Positions 38,501 to 53,500 of a stretch of DNA of 64,000 nucleotides are shown here, piece after piece (the stretch's first letter is position 1; each line of letters starts with the position of its first letter). Made by a program: the position numbers and the translations under genes. The stretch spans positions 27,128,912 to 27,192,911 of the forward strand of contig NC_092675.1 in NCBI RefSeq assembly GCF_964355755.1, given 5' to 3'. This DNA is from Antedon mediterranea (lineage: Eukaryota; Animalia; Echinodermata). Below the pieces are notes generated by a model. That model saw only the letters and a program-made list of their open reading frames with translations. It searched no databases and was not told where the DNA came from.

Positions 38501-41500
38501 CCTTACAGGTGTCTGCTTGAACTCCAGAAGTTTCAAGAGTGATGGCATAAATCGAGGAATACTAGGAATTGTGTGAGCTTTCATAGAGCGAACCACTTCA
38601 CCAAGAAGAAGACAAGCACTAGAGACAACCTAATAATAAGTGGGTAAAGAACAGATATGTATGATTTATTTTACTATTAAAATATTTAAGGAATCAAAGA
38701 AAAATCTGAAAAAGCTCACTCACGGGCACGTGGTCAAGCGGTTAAGACAGTGAAACTGTGATTATGTAGCCATAACATCGGCAAGGATTTGAGACTAAAT
38801 CGTTCCTTTGTTCTGGTTGTAGAAAGGATAAGGACTAATAAACCGTACGTCCAGTGTACACACCTAGTTCATGTGCATCTTATGAGTTATCCCGATGTGC
38901 TAGTACACACACAGCCCCTGATCAAAACTGGGCCCCCTGGGAGACCAGTCTTTGACTAAAGAAGTCACCCAGTATAAATAATAATAATTTCTAATTGACT
39001 GGATGAAAAGGTCTAATATTATTTAATGGTATGTAATTAAAGAATAAAAACAATTAAAATGTTACTTGTTGATTTGTGTTGTTTATCAATATCTCTATAG
39101 CTACATCTATCACAGGTCTAAACTGCTCAGGATGACCTGCACGAGCCAACTTGCAGATGATTTTTAAACTATAGAGGGCAGTCTGTTGGTTGATGAAACT
39201 CTCCTCGTGTTCAACCGATGCATCAGGTACTGATTTTGCGATCAACACAAGCTGATCAAGAAGCGTTAGCACTAGTAATACCTGGATAATTTAAAATTAA
39301 ACGGTTTTATACTTTTGTCCTTTGTTTTTATTTACCTCCGCCAAGGAGGTATATGTAATCGATCGCGTGTGTTTGTTTGTCTGTCTGTTTGTTTGTTAGC
39401 AGGATTACTCAAAAAGTAATTACAAGGTCTTTACCAAAATGAATGTACAGATAGATATGTGGTCAAGGACCATTCCATTAAATTTTGGGACCATTTCGGA
39501 CCATGGTCCCAATTCTGGACCACTTTTTAGTATACTTTTCAGACCTGCTAGTGTTAAAAGATAGGACAAAATTTTTCAAAAGCCGGCGAGCAGTCTTAAA
39601 GTAACAAGTAAACTGTAATTGCATATTCTCGAAAACTACTTGTCCAAAAAACTTCATTTTTGTACAAGAGGCAAGAGTTATAATTTCTGATTTGTAATTT
39701 TAAAACATAATTTGATTTAATGTGCACGTTTTTTGATGCGAGTAGTTTAAAAAACCTATTTCTTTTCAAATTAACTCGTTTGATTTTCGCGTTCCTGTTC
39801 TATTGTTAGTCAACTGAAGCTATTGTTAATTGTTGAAAGGCTTGTTACATAAAACCATTACACCAAACTCGCATACACATGCTTGTATTTAAATTAGCCT
39901 AAATCAGAAACAGCATTAAGACACACACAAATATATATATATATTTTTTTTTTACCGGAGAAATCTTATGTAGGAGAATTTTACAGTAGGCGGAGGTATG
40001 CACTCTCAGAGTGGCTTTCTAGTTCTATTGTGTAAATAAGTTCATAATAGTTAATTGTTTATCGAATTTCAGAATGATGTATAGTTACCTGACTGTCGTC
40101 CATTGAGCCCATATGTTGCAAGATTTTATTATTGAGCAGTTGAAGAGCCTTTCTTCTAACTGATGGAGTTGGACTGTTGAGAAGTCCCAACACAACACGA
40201 ACAAACAGATCCATGGATAATAGAGAATTCACCTTATAAGGAATACATTAATTTAATCAGACAATAATGTAATAATTGTTGCTTTTTTTAGATATTAAAC
40301 AATAAAAAATCCCCAAAAAATAAACCAAAAAGTTGAATAGAAAAAAAACGTAAATAATGTATAGTCCATTTTTCACCTCTGCTCTGGACGTCAAACAAGG
40401 GACGATGAATAGCTCACTCATTAAAAATATGCAATTGTAAATTGAGGGATGTAACTAAATAATGTTTTGACTACACAGCGGACAGGGCAGGTGTAATAGG
40501 TTCTTAAATAGTGAATGAACACCCCAATAATTAATGGACTCTACCAAATTATGTTTGAACAGATCTAGCAAGGAACGTCTCTACACTACCATGGAGTTTA
40601 CTCCATGACACTACACACACAAGATTGAGGCCATCATGTATTTTTTTACTACAGTTTGTATTTATTATTAAATGAATTTCATATTTGACAAAAGAGGAAT
40701 AAAGATATGGAATAACCTCCCTAAATTCAACTAATTTTAAATGCAAATTAAATCACATCACAATAAACCAAAAATATACCTTGTCCATTATACCATATGC
40801 CTTGTGGATCATAGCTTTCCAGAATTTGACAGTAGGCTTTCCAGCATCAGCTTCCATACTTCGAGCGGACATAGTGATTAAATGGAGAGTTCTGTCTATC
40901 AAGCTGAAATCATATTAGAATAAAATTTAAATTGGTAATCGAAAAATACATTATGACTGTTTCAAAGTATGTAGTGTAATTTAAAATAGAATTCAATACT
41001 CATTCATATTATCCCTTTATCAGGTTTAATCTGTGAAAAAATTTAAAAGAAGCTAATTTCACTTGATTCTGGTAGGTATGGGCATGAACGCTTCCCTGGT
41101 ATGGGTGTCAAAATTTACTTAAAAAAAGTGAGCTCATGTGAGGGTGGGAGACGGTCATTTTCAAGGGGGAGGGGTTTGAGGTCAGTGACCTCAAACGTCA
41201 TCGTGTTTGGTCTCAAATGAAAGGAAATTTCATTAAATCTACAACTGAGATTGTTTAGGATAGACACAATAAAGTACAATATAAACAATATATAATTTAT
41301 TACACCTCTTCCAAATTAAATAAAAAAACAGGGCAGCACACATTATAATCAAAATAGTATATAAAACCGAAATATGAACAAACTTACGATTGATAAAGAG
41401 GGTTCAACGCTTCAACGTCGTACTGTGACATGTCCGCAACTTGACCTAAGAACTCATCAGAACCCAAATGAATAATGATGAAGCCTACAGTGTTGAATTT

Positions 41501-44500
41501 GAATTGCCGTAGCTGTTTCGCAGAGTGATTTGCAACACTAAATAGTTCATTATCCGCATTGCCTTGCGCTTTTTGCCCCTTCAATGTTCTCTTGGTTCTT
41601 TTTGGCGTGGCTGGTTCTACAAAAAATATATAATATAATCAATTACTACAAAATCTGCGATTAAAACTGGTTACACCATCACTATTTTAGAAGATAGTAA
41701 TATGAAGATCGCTGTACTCTATTGTTTATTCTACAAAGAGAGCTAGAAGGTAGTGGAGCTGTAGCTTGGTGGTTAACCTGCTTGCCTTCCAATCCCAATG
41801 TCCAGAGTTCAATCCTGACTTAGTGACAGGTTTGTAACTCACGACTCTTTCAACTCCACTCCCTAAGCCTCAAATGAGACTTAATTAAGTTACTCACTGT
41901 TGCATGCGTATGAAATAAAACAAAGAAGTTACCAGTAGGTTTATCTTGCGGTAGTGTAAGCAAATACTTAACAAGAGTTGTGAGTGTGACCAGTTGACTG
42001 CTTGTTGAACATTGGTGACAGAGCGACAATGGTAACTTATAAACATGCGAAAACTGAAATAAAAAATTCATTACAAAAATTAATGAACACAGGTATAGAT
42101 AGCAACATTGTTATTAGGCCTACTAATATTAATGTATTCTTCCATAATTAAATAAAAACACCTATCTTTAAGACCCAACAATTGTCCTTTTTAAAAAAAA
42201 ATATATATTTTTTTCAAATAAAGTAGAGGACAAATCTGAGACACAAAAAAAAAGTGTGATGTGTCCAAATATGGTAGTGATGTGCCCAAATATGGTAGTG
42301 ATGTGCCCAAATATGGTAGTTATATGACATCATCATGTTCATATATGGCCATTTTTGTAACATAATAATTGATAGTGTAGACAGGGCTTAACTAATTACC
42401 TTATGATCATCTTCCTCCTTTGCGTCACCACCAAGGCTAGAATTCTCCACTTGGTTTGTCAACAAAAGAACTACAAGCATCCAGAGGTAACGTTCGTGTC
42501 CTAATGTTGTGATCAGTTCAGTGAACAACATCATTTGTCTATGCTCTGGCACATGAGGCAATGCATCGACAAACACACGCAACACCATAGCAACATTGCT
42601 ATCGCTTTCTGATGTCAGAGCACCCTCTGATGTTTTACTATCGTTTGCCTGAATAGAATAAAAGTAAGATTTTTAACAATTTACAGGCTAAAGGTCCATT
42701 TACACTAGGACGATAACGATCGACGATAAATAGACAAACTATGCATTTTTTATACATAAAACAATAGAAATACAAACACTATTCATTCTAGAACTATAAA
42801 ATAACTATCTGTGCTTCCTTTGATGAAAATTATATTTTCACACATCCAATCAAATGACGTCATGATTTGAAAGAGCAAAAATATCGTACAAATACAACGA
42901 TTTTATTGTTTTTATTTATCATGACGTCATTTGATTGGAATTTTAAAAATATTATTTTTATCAAAGACAGCATAAACGATTATCCTATAGTTCTAGAACG
43001 AAAACATTTCTAATTTCTTTTGTTTTATGTAAAACAAATGCATGCTTATATATTTATCGTCGATCGTTAACAAGCTACATCAGTTGATTTGTTGTTGAGT
43101 TGGTTACCTAGTAAAAATATAAGTTTATAATTAATGAATATAACATATTACATTTGCATTCAATATAAGATTTTGAAAGACTTTTTTTTCATTTAAATTT
43201 TCCTACCTTGACCAAAGTTGGTATAATCGTTTGAATCGTACGCTGAATGACTTGAAAACTATAATTATCATCTTGACGCAGTAAGTGCGCCCCCATAAAT
43301 GTAAAAATTGACATAATGTTGTGGAGGACACGTTCCTATAAATAAAAATTAATGTTTTCATTAACATAAGATAACTTAAATAACATAGAATAAAACTAAC
43401 TACAAATAATAAAAGTCATGATTCAATGGTTGGAAATGATCCAAGAACAACAAAATCATGTATGTAGCTCTGTATCATATACTGTGAAATATTTGTTAAA
43501 TGAAATTTCCATTAACACACAGAATCTCCAATATTAATTATCTGCTTCAACTTACTGAAAATAGTTTGGCCAAAGTTCCTAGGAAAAGAAGTGCATGATT
43601 TTGCGTCTGAGGGTTATCAGATGCTCTGACGCACTGTACGACAAGCTCCACATTGATTTGATCTTCACTTATGATGTCAGGAGAGATGCTCTCACCATCA
43701 TCAGAAAGATGAAGGCAGAGGTTCTGTAGTAATGTCAGAACCAGTTGTTGAAGATACTCCACTGATGAAAGTTCTTCCTTCAAGGCAACATTCAAGCATC
43801 TGATGAGAAATAAAACAAAACATATGAAACAAGTCTGAAAATAGGTATTCCTATTTACAAATCTACTTCTTTTAAACATAGCATTCAGTACACTGGTCAA
43901 AAACTACCATATCCCATCAAAAGTGCTTTATCAAAGATGACTTTTTCTTTTAAATTGAAATGATACATTTTATCAAGTTATGTGTAATCATCTTTCACTT
44001 ATTGTAGTTTTTTATTTAGAATTTTCCGTACTTTGAAACTAAAAGTCTTCATTACAGTTTTCGTCCTGTTTCCGGTTTCCATGTTGTCCTCTTTTATGGG
44101 CTGCATTACAAAGCTTTGCTTTTTTTTGAAATTTTGCCACTCTTAGTTTAATAAAATTATTTTTAATATATTATAATGAACTTATTATGAAGAGAAATAA
44201 ATGTTATTTTGATTGATTGATTCTTATTATTAGATATTTACACAATTTGTATAAACATTTACAAACCTCTGAAGCACAGCAAATAACCAAGGCATAAGAA
44301 GCTGGGCATCTTCTATATACTTAATCTTACGTTGTTGTATGATTTCAATAATGTATGTTATACGTTGCAGAGTTCCTTTCTCAAGTGTCTGCTGCTCAGT
44401 AGCAGAGCTTTGAGTAAGTCTGAATAACAAATAAAACATTTAGACTCTGAATAACAAATAAAATGTTTAGAAAAGTGGCAATGATTTGGTATTTCTAATT

Positions 44501-47500
44501 GTCTTAACACAGCATAAACTCTGGTTTATAACCAGTGTCTTTGTGGTCCTAAATTACAGTCACTTCAATCAAAGCCTAGACATCAACAATTATCAGGAGA
44601 AATAAATGAAAGAGTTTTCACAATTTATTTACATTTTTACCAATCTCAGCTTTTAACCATACTGTAAATTATACAATTCTAGATTATATTACATAGTATT
44701 ATAAAATATAGTGTTTCCGGTTCAGTGTTACCTTCTGGCTTTACGAGTCTCACGTATTGAACCTTTTGTGGTTGCTTCCAACTTGGTGAATTCATTCTTA
44801 AGATGTTTTGAACTCAAGGGAAGCTATATACAAAAGAATATTAATATGTTAACACGTTGGTTAAAAAGCAGACAATTTAATTCTATACAGTATAATTATA
44901 ATTATTTAATTGATACACACCTTTTTGAGCATCTTCATAAATTTTGACTGTGTTGATGGGTTATCAGACAACATTACAACATCTAGCACTTTAGATAGCA
45001 TTTGTTCTTGTACTTTCATGCAGCCAATAGTGAGGAAGAATGGCTTAGTTAGCTGAAAGTGAAGAATTAAAATTAGATTATGTAATGGAAATAATGAATG
45101 GTTAGAAGATTGTAAGAGTGAACTATGTTCATCATCTTGATCTCTGTAATAAGTAATTGATTCATTGTTGACTAAAGCACTGTCTACACATCAAACAATA
45201 TGTGAAAAAAATGTGACGTGCTCATATATGGACATGATGATGTCATATCACTACTATAATTGGGCACATCACACTTTTTTTTGTCAAACTAGTTTTATAG
45301 TGTAGACAGATCTTAAGAAAACTAGAGAATAATCAAATAGGGAGTATAATTCAATAAACTGTATCAAAGAATTCTTATGTAAATGTTGCTTTAGTAAGTC
45401 TGCTCACAATTTACTTTGTGCATTGCTGATGTCAGTGTAATACATTTTAGCCTACAAGCTAAGAAATACAACCTGTATAATACCTGTTTAAGAGCAAGTT
45501 CTTGTGGTGTTCCTAAGCCACCAGCTAGAGGAACATCTACACCCAAGGCCTTGATGTAGCTGTCTTGACAGGGCCCAGTCATAAGCTCTGCTGTGTTAGG
45601 TGTGAAGTGTTCTAATATCAGGCTTAGGTTATAACTATCTGTTAAACTCAGTGTTTTATTTTCCACTAGCTTAGAAAGGAGGTCCTTAAGCAGAGTATGC
45701 AAATGAGTTAGAACGACCTTGAAAAAAAACATAATTTAAATTAATAAAATTTTAACAGAGAATTGTAATTGTGCTATAATTCATGATAAACCCAATGTTT
45801 ACAAGAACAACATACCTTTTCATCAGTGTTACATAAGGCAATAAGAACAGCATGTTTGAGAGAAGATGGCAGGCTTGCAACAAGACAATGAAGTAGGGCT
45901 GAGAAGGCAGCATGCTTGTCAGCTGACCTGTTTCCTTTGGAGGGTGATGTTGACTGCTTACTTATAAACACACTCAATATCTGTAGGTTAGAAATTAGCA
46001 TTTTATTCTGACTGACAACCTATTACTGTATGTGTATTCCGTATACATTTTTACATTGCATCCCAGAGTGAACAAAGCTGATTTCAGCATAATGGAAATT
46101 TAAAATAATGCTAACATTTTGTTAATCTTTCTGTAAAAGTTGCTTTAATTTCAAGATGGAAGCCATTTCTTTTTCTACAGTTCATTTTAAATTACAAAAG
46201 CTCTTAACTACATACTTGAGGTAACTGGTTAGCATCTGCAATAATTTCATCTCTTCTCTTATTCAGATGTCTTACAAGGAGGCTGTAGGCAGCAACACAG
46301 TCTTTCTCAATCTTCTCCTTCAAGGCATGTAAGAGGGTCACCCCTGCCTTACGTATTGGTTCAACCGGGCTACAGAGAACACCAAGTAAGGCTGGAAAAA
46401 CTGTAAATATGGATACAATTAGAAAATATACTAAAACAATGGTCGAGTAATATGAGAGAACTGCAGATATTGAAATTTTATTTATTTGGTTGCAATTGTA
46501 ATTAACTGCTGTGGAGTAGCTAGTGATCTGGAGGTCGTGGGTTTGAATCCGACCCGAGAATTACTTGCAAATTTGTTCGCAAGTATTCTCAAATGTACTT
46601 AGTATAAAGTACAAATTACGTCAGAGGGCAGGGCAAAACATTTGACCAAATGTTGTATTCACTCAATTTGGGCCAGCTTCACTACTTACCAACCGAGTCA
46701 GGTGCAAGCAGCTTGTGCACTTGTTCATTGGCCAGTGCTCTTATTGTTGATACTGCTACATTCAAACTGTGGATTGTGATCACTCTAGATGATGTAGTGT
46801 TGGACTTGTCAAGCCAGATAATAGAAAAGAATTCCCACAAGACTGATGAATTTGAAAGATGTACCTGGTCAGGAAGAAAAACTTTTATTACCTTGATACA
46901 ATACACTACAAATTACTTGATAATATTGGTTAACCTGCCTCTCTTTTGTGTATTAAGCTCTGTCTACACTATCAAACTAGTTTGACAAAAAAAGTGTGAT
47001 GTGCCCAAATATGGTAGTGATATACCCAAATATGGTAGTGATATGACATAATCATGTCCATACTGTATATGGGCACACATAATTTTTTTTGTTACATAAA
47101 ATATGATAGTGTAAACAAAAATGTACCTTGAAAAGCTGTAAAGACAAGTCTTTAAATGATTGGCGGAATTCTGCTGCTCGACTGTCTGACACACCAGACA
47201 TAAACATTGAAAAGAGTTGCTTTAAAAGACTGGAATAGAGTCTAACATCACCATTCTCAGAGTCTGACCATATGAGGGCAGCTGTGAAGAGAAAAATAAT
47301 GTACACAACTGTAATTAAAATATTGGCATTAGATACATTGTTTAAACCGAATATGGTAAATTAGAAATTATTATAAATTGTTGGGAAACAAATATCATTT
47401 TACTTACGACCTGAAAGTTCTTTTGGCAAATTAATAACTTTAACAATGGTGCTGAGAGACCAGAGAGTAACATCGGCCAGTCCCACATCAATTAAGTGTG

Positions 47501-50500
47501 ATCCAACGACTTTGGTTTTTTTCTTGCTTAAGAGACGAACACTAAGATTAGATATAAAGTTTGTTGGTAGGCATTCATCAGCCCAGTTGGAAGATAGTGC
47601 AGTTGGGCCCTCCTCAACAATTGCAGTCAGCTGTGTTGAAAGAAGAAAGCATACAGATGTGACGTGTGGTATGAATGACACATAAAAACGCTTTTAGGGT
47701 CTCATTGTGCTGAGCAGCAATCAATGTCAATCATAGTCAAATAAAATGAATTTTATGAATTTCACTCATTACTAATTAATTGTATGGGAATGATATTTAG
47801 TTTGTATAACACATCAATTTTATTTCAACCATCTTTATAAGAGGGTAATCTTCCTAGTTTAGCTCACTGATATTAATATATACATGGACTAAAGTATCTC
47901 TGCTTATATTCATACAACACCAGGACCTAAACTTCACATATCGCGCAAACTCCCAGCCAATGATTTCTCTTTAGCAGTTTCAGTCTTAGAATAAACTAAA
48001 TGAGAAACTTTATAGGTACGTAAAGACTGTTTTATATCCCTTATATCTTAATAATATTATACAGTACACCTAATCATACCTTTTTGCCCTTAATGGCAGT
48101 AATCTTTAATACTTCTGGTTCTAAAAAGGTGATAAATTCATCACAAATAGCTAGGATATCGGTACCATCCTTTTTCTGATGTATCATGCTGGTTAGAATA
48201 GCGGTGATTATGTATTGTATAGCTTGTACGCTTCCCTTCTCTTCGTTAGCGCAACAGTACATAAGTTTTCTCTAAAATACGATAATAAATGATTTATCAG
48301 CTTTCTTAATAATAACACATCGTTCCATACAGCACAGTAGAACCCCTATTAAGGGGACACCTTCTAAAGCTCTGTCCACACTATCAAACTTTATTTGACG
48401 CAAAAATGTGATGTGCCCATATATGAACATGATGACATTATATCACTACCATATACAGTATGGGCACATCACACTTTTTTGTCAAACTAGTGTAGACAGA
48501 GCTTAACCATCCCTTTAATAGGGGGTTTCCCTTAAATAAGTGTTTGCTGAAGTGTTAACAAATATATTTGCCTAAATGGGTGTGTCACAAGGTGTTTTGT
48601 ATTACAAGATGAAAAAAAAACATCATTTTAGACGGCACCCATACTTGAATATCTATTTTTGTAGCTTTAAAATATTGTACTAATAATTGTTCCAAATATT
48701 TTGAATTCTGAACATTGATTTCTACTTATACAATTAATTTTAAATGTAGAATACATTTATATTTCTCAAGACAACTTAAATTTTGGATTATTCCAATATT
48801 TTGTATCCATTAGGTATAGAAGTTGCTTGTTGTATTTATAACACGCATAAGAAATACATTCATTAACAATTTTTTTTTCAAACTTACAATTCTCCGATTG
48901 TCTTCCATGTTCATAGTAACCATGTTGTGTCCGAGTAGGTTAACAAGAGATTCAGTTATTTGATGAACTTCGTCATCATTACATGGTTTGCCATCACAAT
49001 CAGCATAAACTAAATATATATACATATTTAACACATGTTTAAATACAGGTTAAGTTCAAATAATTTTGTTAAAACTATGCAATGTATGTACAGTAAATGG
49101 AAATAAATCTAAAATACACATACCTGTGGCCAAATTTTTCAATAAATTATGATGTGTTGTCATGGCAGCATTCACAATAACATTAATCAGTTTAAAGCGA
49201 ACTGGAAAATTCTCAACAGTAGGAAACAGGTACGGCAGGAGGGCTATCATTGTCCGGTCTACAATGTCCGTTTTATTTGACCACAGATTCGAGGTTGTGA
49301 GTAAAGTTAGGACTCTATGGCCAACTTTAAACCTATAATTGAAAAATGAAAAAACATAAGTATTATGCTCAAATGAATGACTCAATCTCTAGCCGATTAT
49401 CAGCAAGTTCAGACAGCCAATTTTTATGACTACATACCAAGTAGGGTCAGTTCGTCCTCGCCATTTTGTTAGAATTGATAGAAGAGCTTCAAACAGTTCT
49501 CCAGAAGGAAAACAACAAAGCAGGCTCTGAAAATCAAACATCACACATGTGCTGAATATTTCAAAGGGCATCAATCAGTCAATTTAAATTAATTATTTTT
49601 AAATTGCTATTTTTGTTTAGTTTTATTTAGACATAATGTACAATATAATAATAATAAATTTGAACTTTTAAGGACATAATGCATGAAGCCTTTATGCGCT
49701 TCACATAAAAAAGAAAGTAATCCATGAAATAAATAAAATAAAAAAAGTGGGCAAGCGAATAAGGTCGTTTATAATAGTCATATTATCAATAATAATAATA
49801 ATATTAATTAAGGTATTTGTTTTGCGCCAGTATCAACTAACCGAAGCAAAAATCAAAGGCGTTGTATTAGATGTATTAGATGCGTTTTAAGTTCTTTTGT
49901 AAAAATAGCAATAGCTGTTGATTTAGTATCAGCTCAGGTTCAAGGCATTCCTCTACCATAAATCTAATGGTAGGTCTCCTCAGATAAGGACTTTAAACTG
50001 GAGGTCAATCTAGCTCGTGTGCACTTAACAGTGCAGGGGCTATCCAAGTGTCAAAAGGATGGCTGAAGGCTTTAATACTGACCTCTTCACACCATAACGC
50101 TGCTAGTATTACATTAGCGTCATCATCTTGCATTCGAGCTAGAACAGCAGTCACGAAGAACTCATCCAGTTCACCAGCCTACAAGACAAAACACTACATA
50201 ACATGTGGTCTGTCTAATTTTATACCTTTTATTCTTACAATAGTAACAACTTTATTATTTTTTTCATTGTCTTTATAAAATGTTGATTTCGTAAAACTTG
50301 TATTGAGTAAATTCATGAAGAAAACAGTTTTCAAGATAAATAAGTCGAACACACAACAATCTAAACAGTAATTATGTGGATTAGAATACTTTAATTACAC
50401 AACTTTAGAAACCAAATATTTTTGCCTTTTACTGGACCTATTAAATATGTTCTTTATTTATGTTTTGCTGTACTGTGTGTGATACACATTTAAAATCGGT

Positions 50501-53500
50501 ACTGAAAGTGTTATCACATAAAAGACACAATTAAATAATAAATAAAATATGGTAGTTGTCTACTGTGTAAGAACTGTATCTAGTGCTTACCGCTTTGATG
50601 TTTTTCAACAGACGTCTAACTGCGATTTCTCTTGTATGCACCTGAGGGTGATTTAAACTTAGAACCAAACTTGTTTCAGATTCAGGAATTACCTTAAAAA
50701 ATAAGTAAATGTTTCAAAGTTTACTTCAACATCTGTTTTCCTTCCAATTTCATTTGATCTAAACTAAAGCTATGTCTACACTATCAATCATTCATAGCAA
50801 GTATACCTGATGTTTGATTCCCGACAATGAAAGTCCCAAGAAGTCTTGGGCCAGTTCTTTTGACTTCTTTTCTTGTTCTGATGAATGAAACCTTTCCATT
50901 ACATCATCCATAGCAACAGCATATCTGTCAAGAAAACATAAAAGGTAAAAATGTTGATTCAGTTTGATTTATTGGCCTAAAAAATTTTTTTTTATTAAAC
51001 TTTGTTTAATGAGGGTGACTCAAAACAGTGGAGGCTGACATGCATGAGGCCCTAACACTAAAAAACAGGAACGATACAAATACGAAAAAACAGGAAAAGG
51101 AATAACAAAAAGAGACCAATAAAAATATATATATATCCAATCTGCAGACAGTATTCTTTCGATCTTATTAGATCTCGTCAGTGCAGCTCATGTTTTGAAA
51201 TGAAATCTACCGCTGTTATGTTGTCCAAGTACAGAATAGTTTTTAAGTTAAGTAAGTTTTTTTTTAGATGATTTTGTGTTAATGTAGTTGCTAAGAAACT
51301 ATTACTACTAGGCCAAAAAACCTAGTGTTATACACAATTCACTCAAGATTGTAATTTCAAATTCAAAATTCAATGCTCAATAAAAAAACCACTCTAGATT
51401 TGATCAAATTGTGGGTTGGTCAGTCTTGGGTAACACAATTCTAGTTTTAGGCATAATAGTAAATAAAGTTCTATATTCAGAGTGTTGATATGTACAGTAT
51501 ATGATATACACTCAACTCTTCTGAGAACAAAATCTACAATTACTGGAAGCTCTCACAAAAATAAGTCCTACGTCCTACATTTAATTGTAAAAAAACAATA
51601 GTCAAGATTAGCTTTGTTTTGTTTTAATTTAAAGTGCATATCATGTATTGTTTTTCTTCTTTTTTATCTCAGATATCACCATATTTATTGTTTGTTCCAT
51701 TATGGAGGTTCAGACTAAAAGTCATCAAATTTATTTGTACAAATGTATAATATAATATGTTGTGTGAAATAAAACTGAAAGTGTATTTGTATTTACATAA
51801 CAATTGAAAAGTTATAATTAGGAGGTATAGCATATCTGTAATTTCACTGGATATAAATGTCGTAACTTACCTGTTTTCAAGAATATGCATGATCTTTGAA
51901 AGCCGCTGTTTTAATGCAATAATCTCAGCATCATCCAATTCCGAGCAGAACTCAATGTAACCATTCAGTAAACCACTAAAAAAATATATATGTGAAAAAA
52001 ATTAGCATAACTACAAAGTAATCCAAGTTAAAATACACCTTAACAATCATATTAAAAAGTAAAATAGATTGTTTAGAATCACAATTAGACTGTAAAGCTC
52101 TGTCTACACTATCAAACTTTATGTGGTGACAAAAAAAAATGTGATGTGCCTATATATGGACACGATGACATCACATCACTACCATACTGTATTTGGATAT
52201 ATCACTACCGTATTTAGGCACATCACACATTTTTTGTCAAACTAGTTTGATAGTGTAGACAGAGCTTTAATAATTAAGCATGTAAGCATATAAATAACCT
52301 GGCAATTAATTTGGCGGAGGAAACATTCAAGGAAATATCCTGCATTATCTTCTCCAAGAGGGCAGTATACTTGATAGCCTCCAAGTCATCATTTTCATCA
52401 GCATTTTCTGTCTCTTCGATAGCTGCACATATTAATGGACGTAAAAAGAGCGCCATTAGTGGTTCGATATTATGTGCACTAGATAAACGTTGAAGAATCT
52501 GTACAAGACCAGGAAACCGACAGAAGTTGTTGAATGCTCTGCAATAACAATAATAATGTCGGGAATAATGTATATAAAAAAAAAATAATCATTAGCATAG
52601 CAAGAATTTAATGACGCATTGAAGATGCTTCACTATTCTAAAACTTGAATGAATGTTGTTTAATGTGCAAATTTAGAATTTAAGGCTTGGTTTCCTCCCA
52701 CTAGGATGCAACTCAAGCATGCAAGCGCAACACAAGCGAGTTGACCAATGACAGGCGGCAGTTGTTCAAAAATATTCCATCATGTGTAATTGTGATCATG
52801 AAGTTACTTGCATTGCGTCTTAAGCTCTGTCTACACTATCAAACTAGTTTGACAAAAAAAGTGCCAAAATATGGTAGTGATATGCCCAAATAAGGTACTG
52901 ATATGACATCAATGTGTCCACATATAGGCACATCACGTTTTTTGTCGCATAAAGTTTGATAGTGTAGACAGAGTTTTAGTGGGAACCAGGTCTAAACAAA
53001 GTGTTACTAACTGTATACAAGTAAAATGTGAAGGACTTACTTGTCTGGAAACGCAGTGATATCTTGCGTCTGGCATATGGAGGCTAGACAAGCAATGGCT
53101 TCAACACCTAAGCTTGGAACAAGGTGCTGTTGGAAGAAAAGTCATAAAAATAAATGATATTTTTTTGGAAATTGATATCAGTTTGGACTCAAAAAGAACA
53201 TGCAAAGATGCCAATATCAATTTCCTCCAAATTGTAAAATGTTTGGTGTCATTCCAAACTATTTTTTATGAACGTGTTGATAATTTTTGTAATTCCAGTA
53301 CTTTTTAATATAGTTTTTAAATAAAAAAGTTCATTAAATCTCATTTGATTCTGTAAGGACATGTAGCGCAGTGTGTTGAACTGATCCCAAGATCGTGCGT
53401 TTGAATCCAACGCTTGTTGTATTCTTAGACAAGATACTTTACTTGCATTGGCCTCTCTCCACACAAGTGTACAGATACCTGGTTAAGAAACAACTTTGTG

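Noticed and set aside
37621-38542. Overlapping short ORFs
   Set aside because: They fall within GC-rich nested MITEs and show no protein motifs.
41755-41820. tRNA gene (also ~57986-58045 and ~46513-46555)
   Set aside because: A/B-box-like motifs but no complete cloverleaf; better explained as SINE heads.
47880-47995. Possible extra HEATR1 exon or intronic snoRNA
   Set aside because: No frame fits the flanking phases without a stop, and I could not identify convincing C/D or H/ACA boxes by eye.
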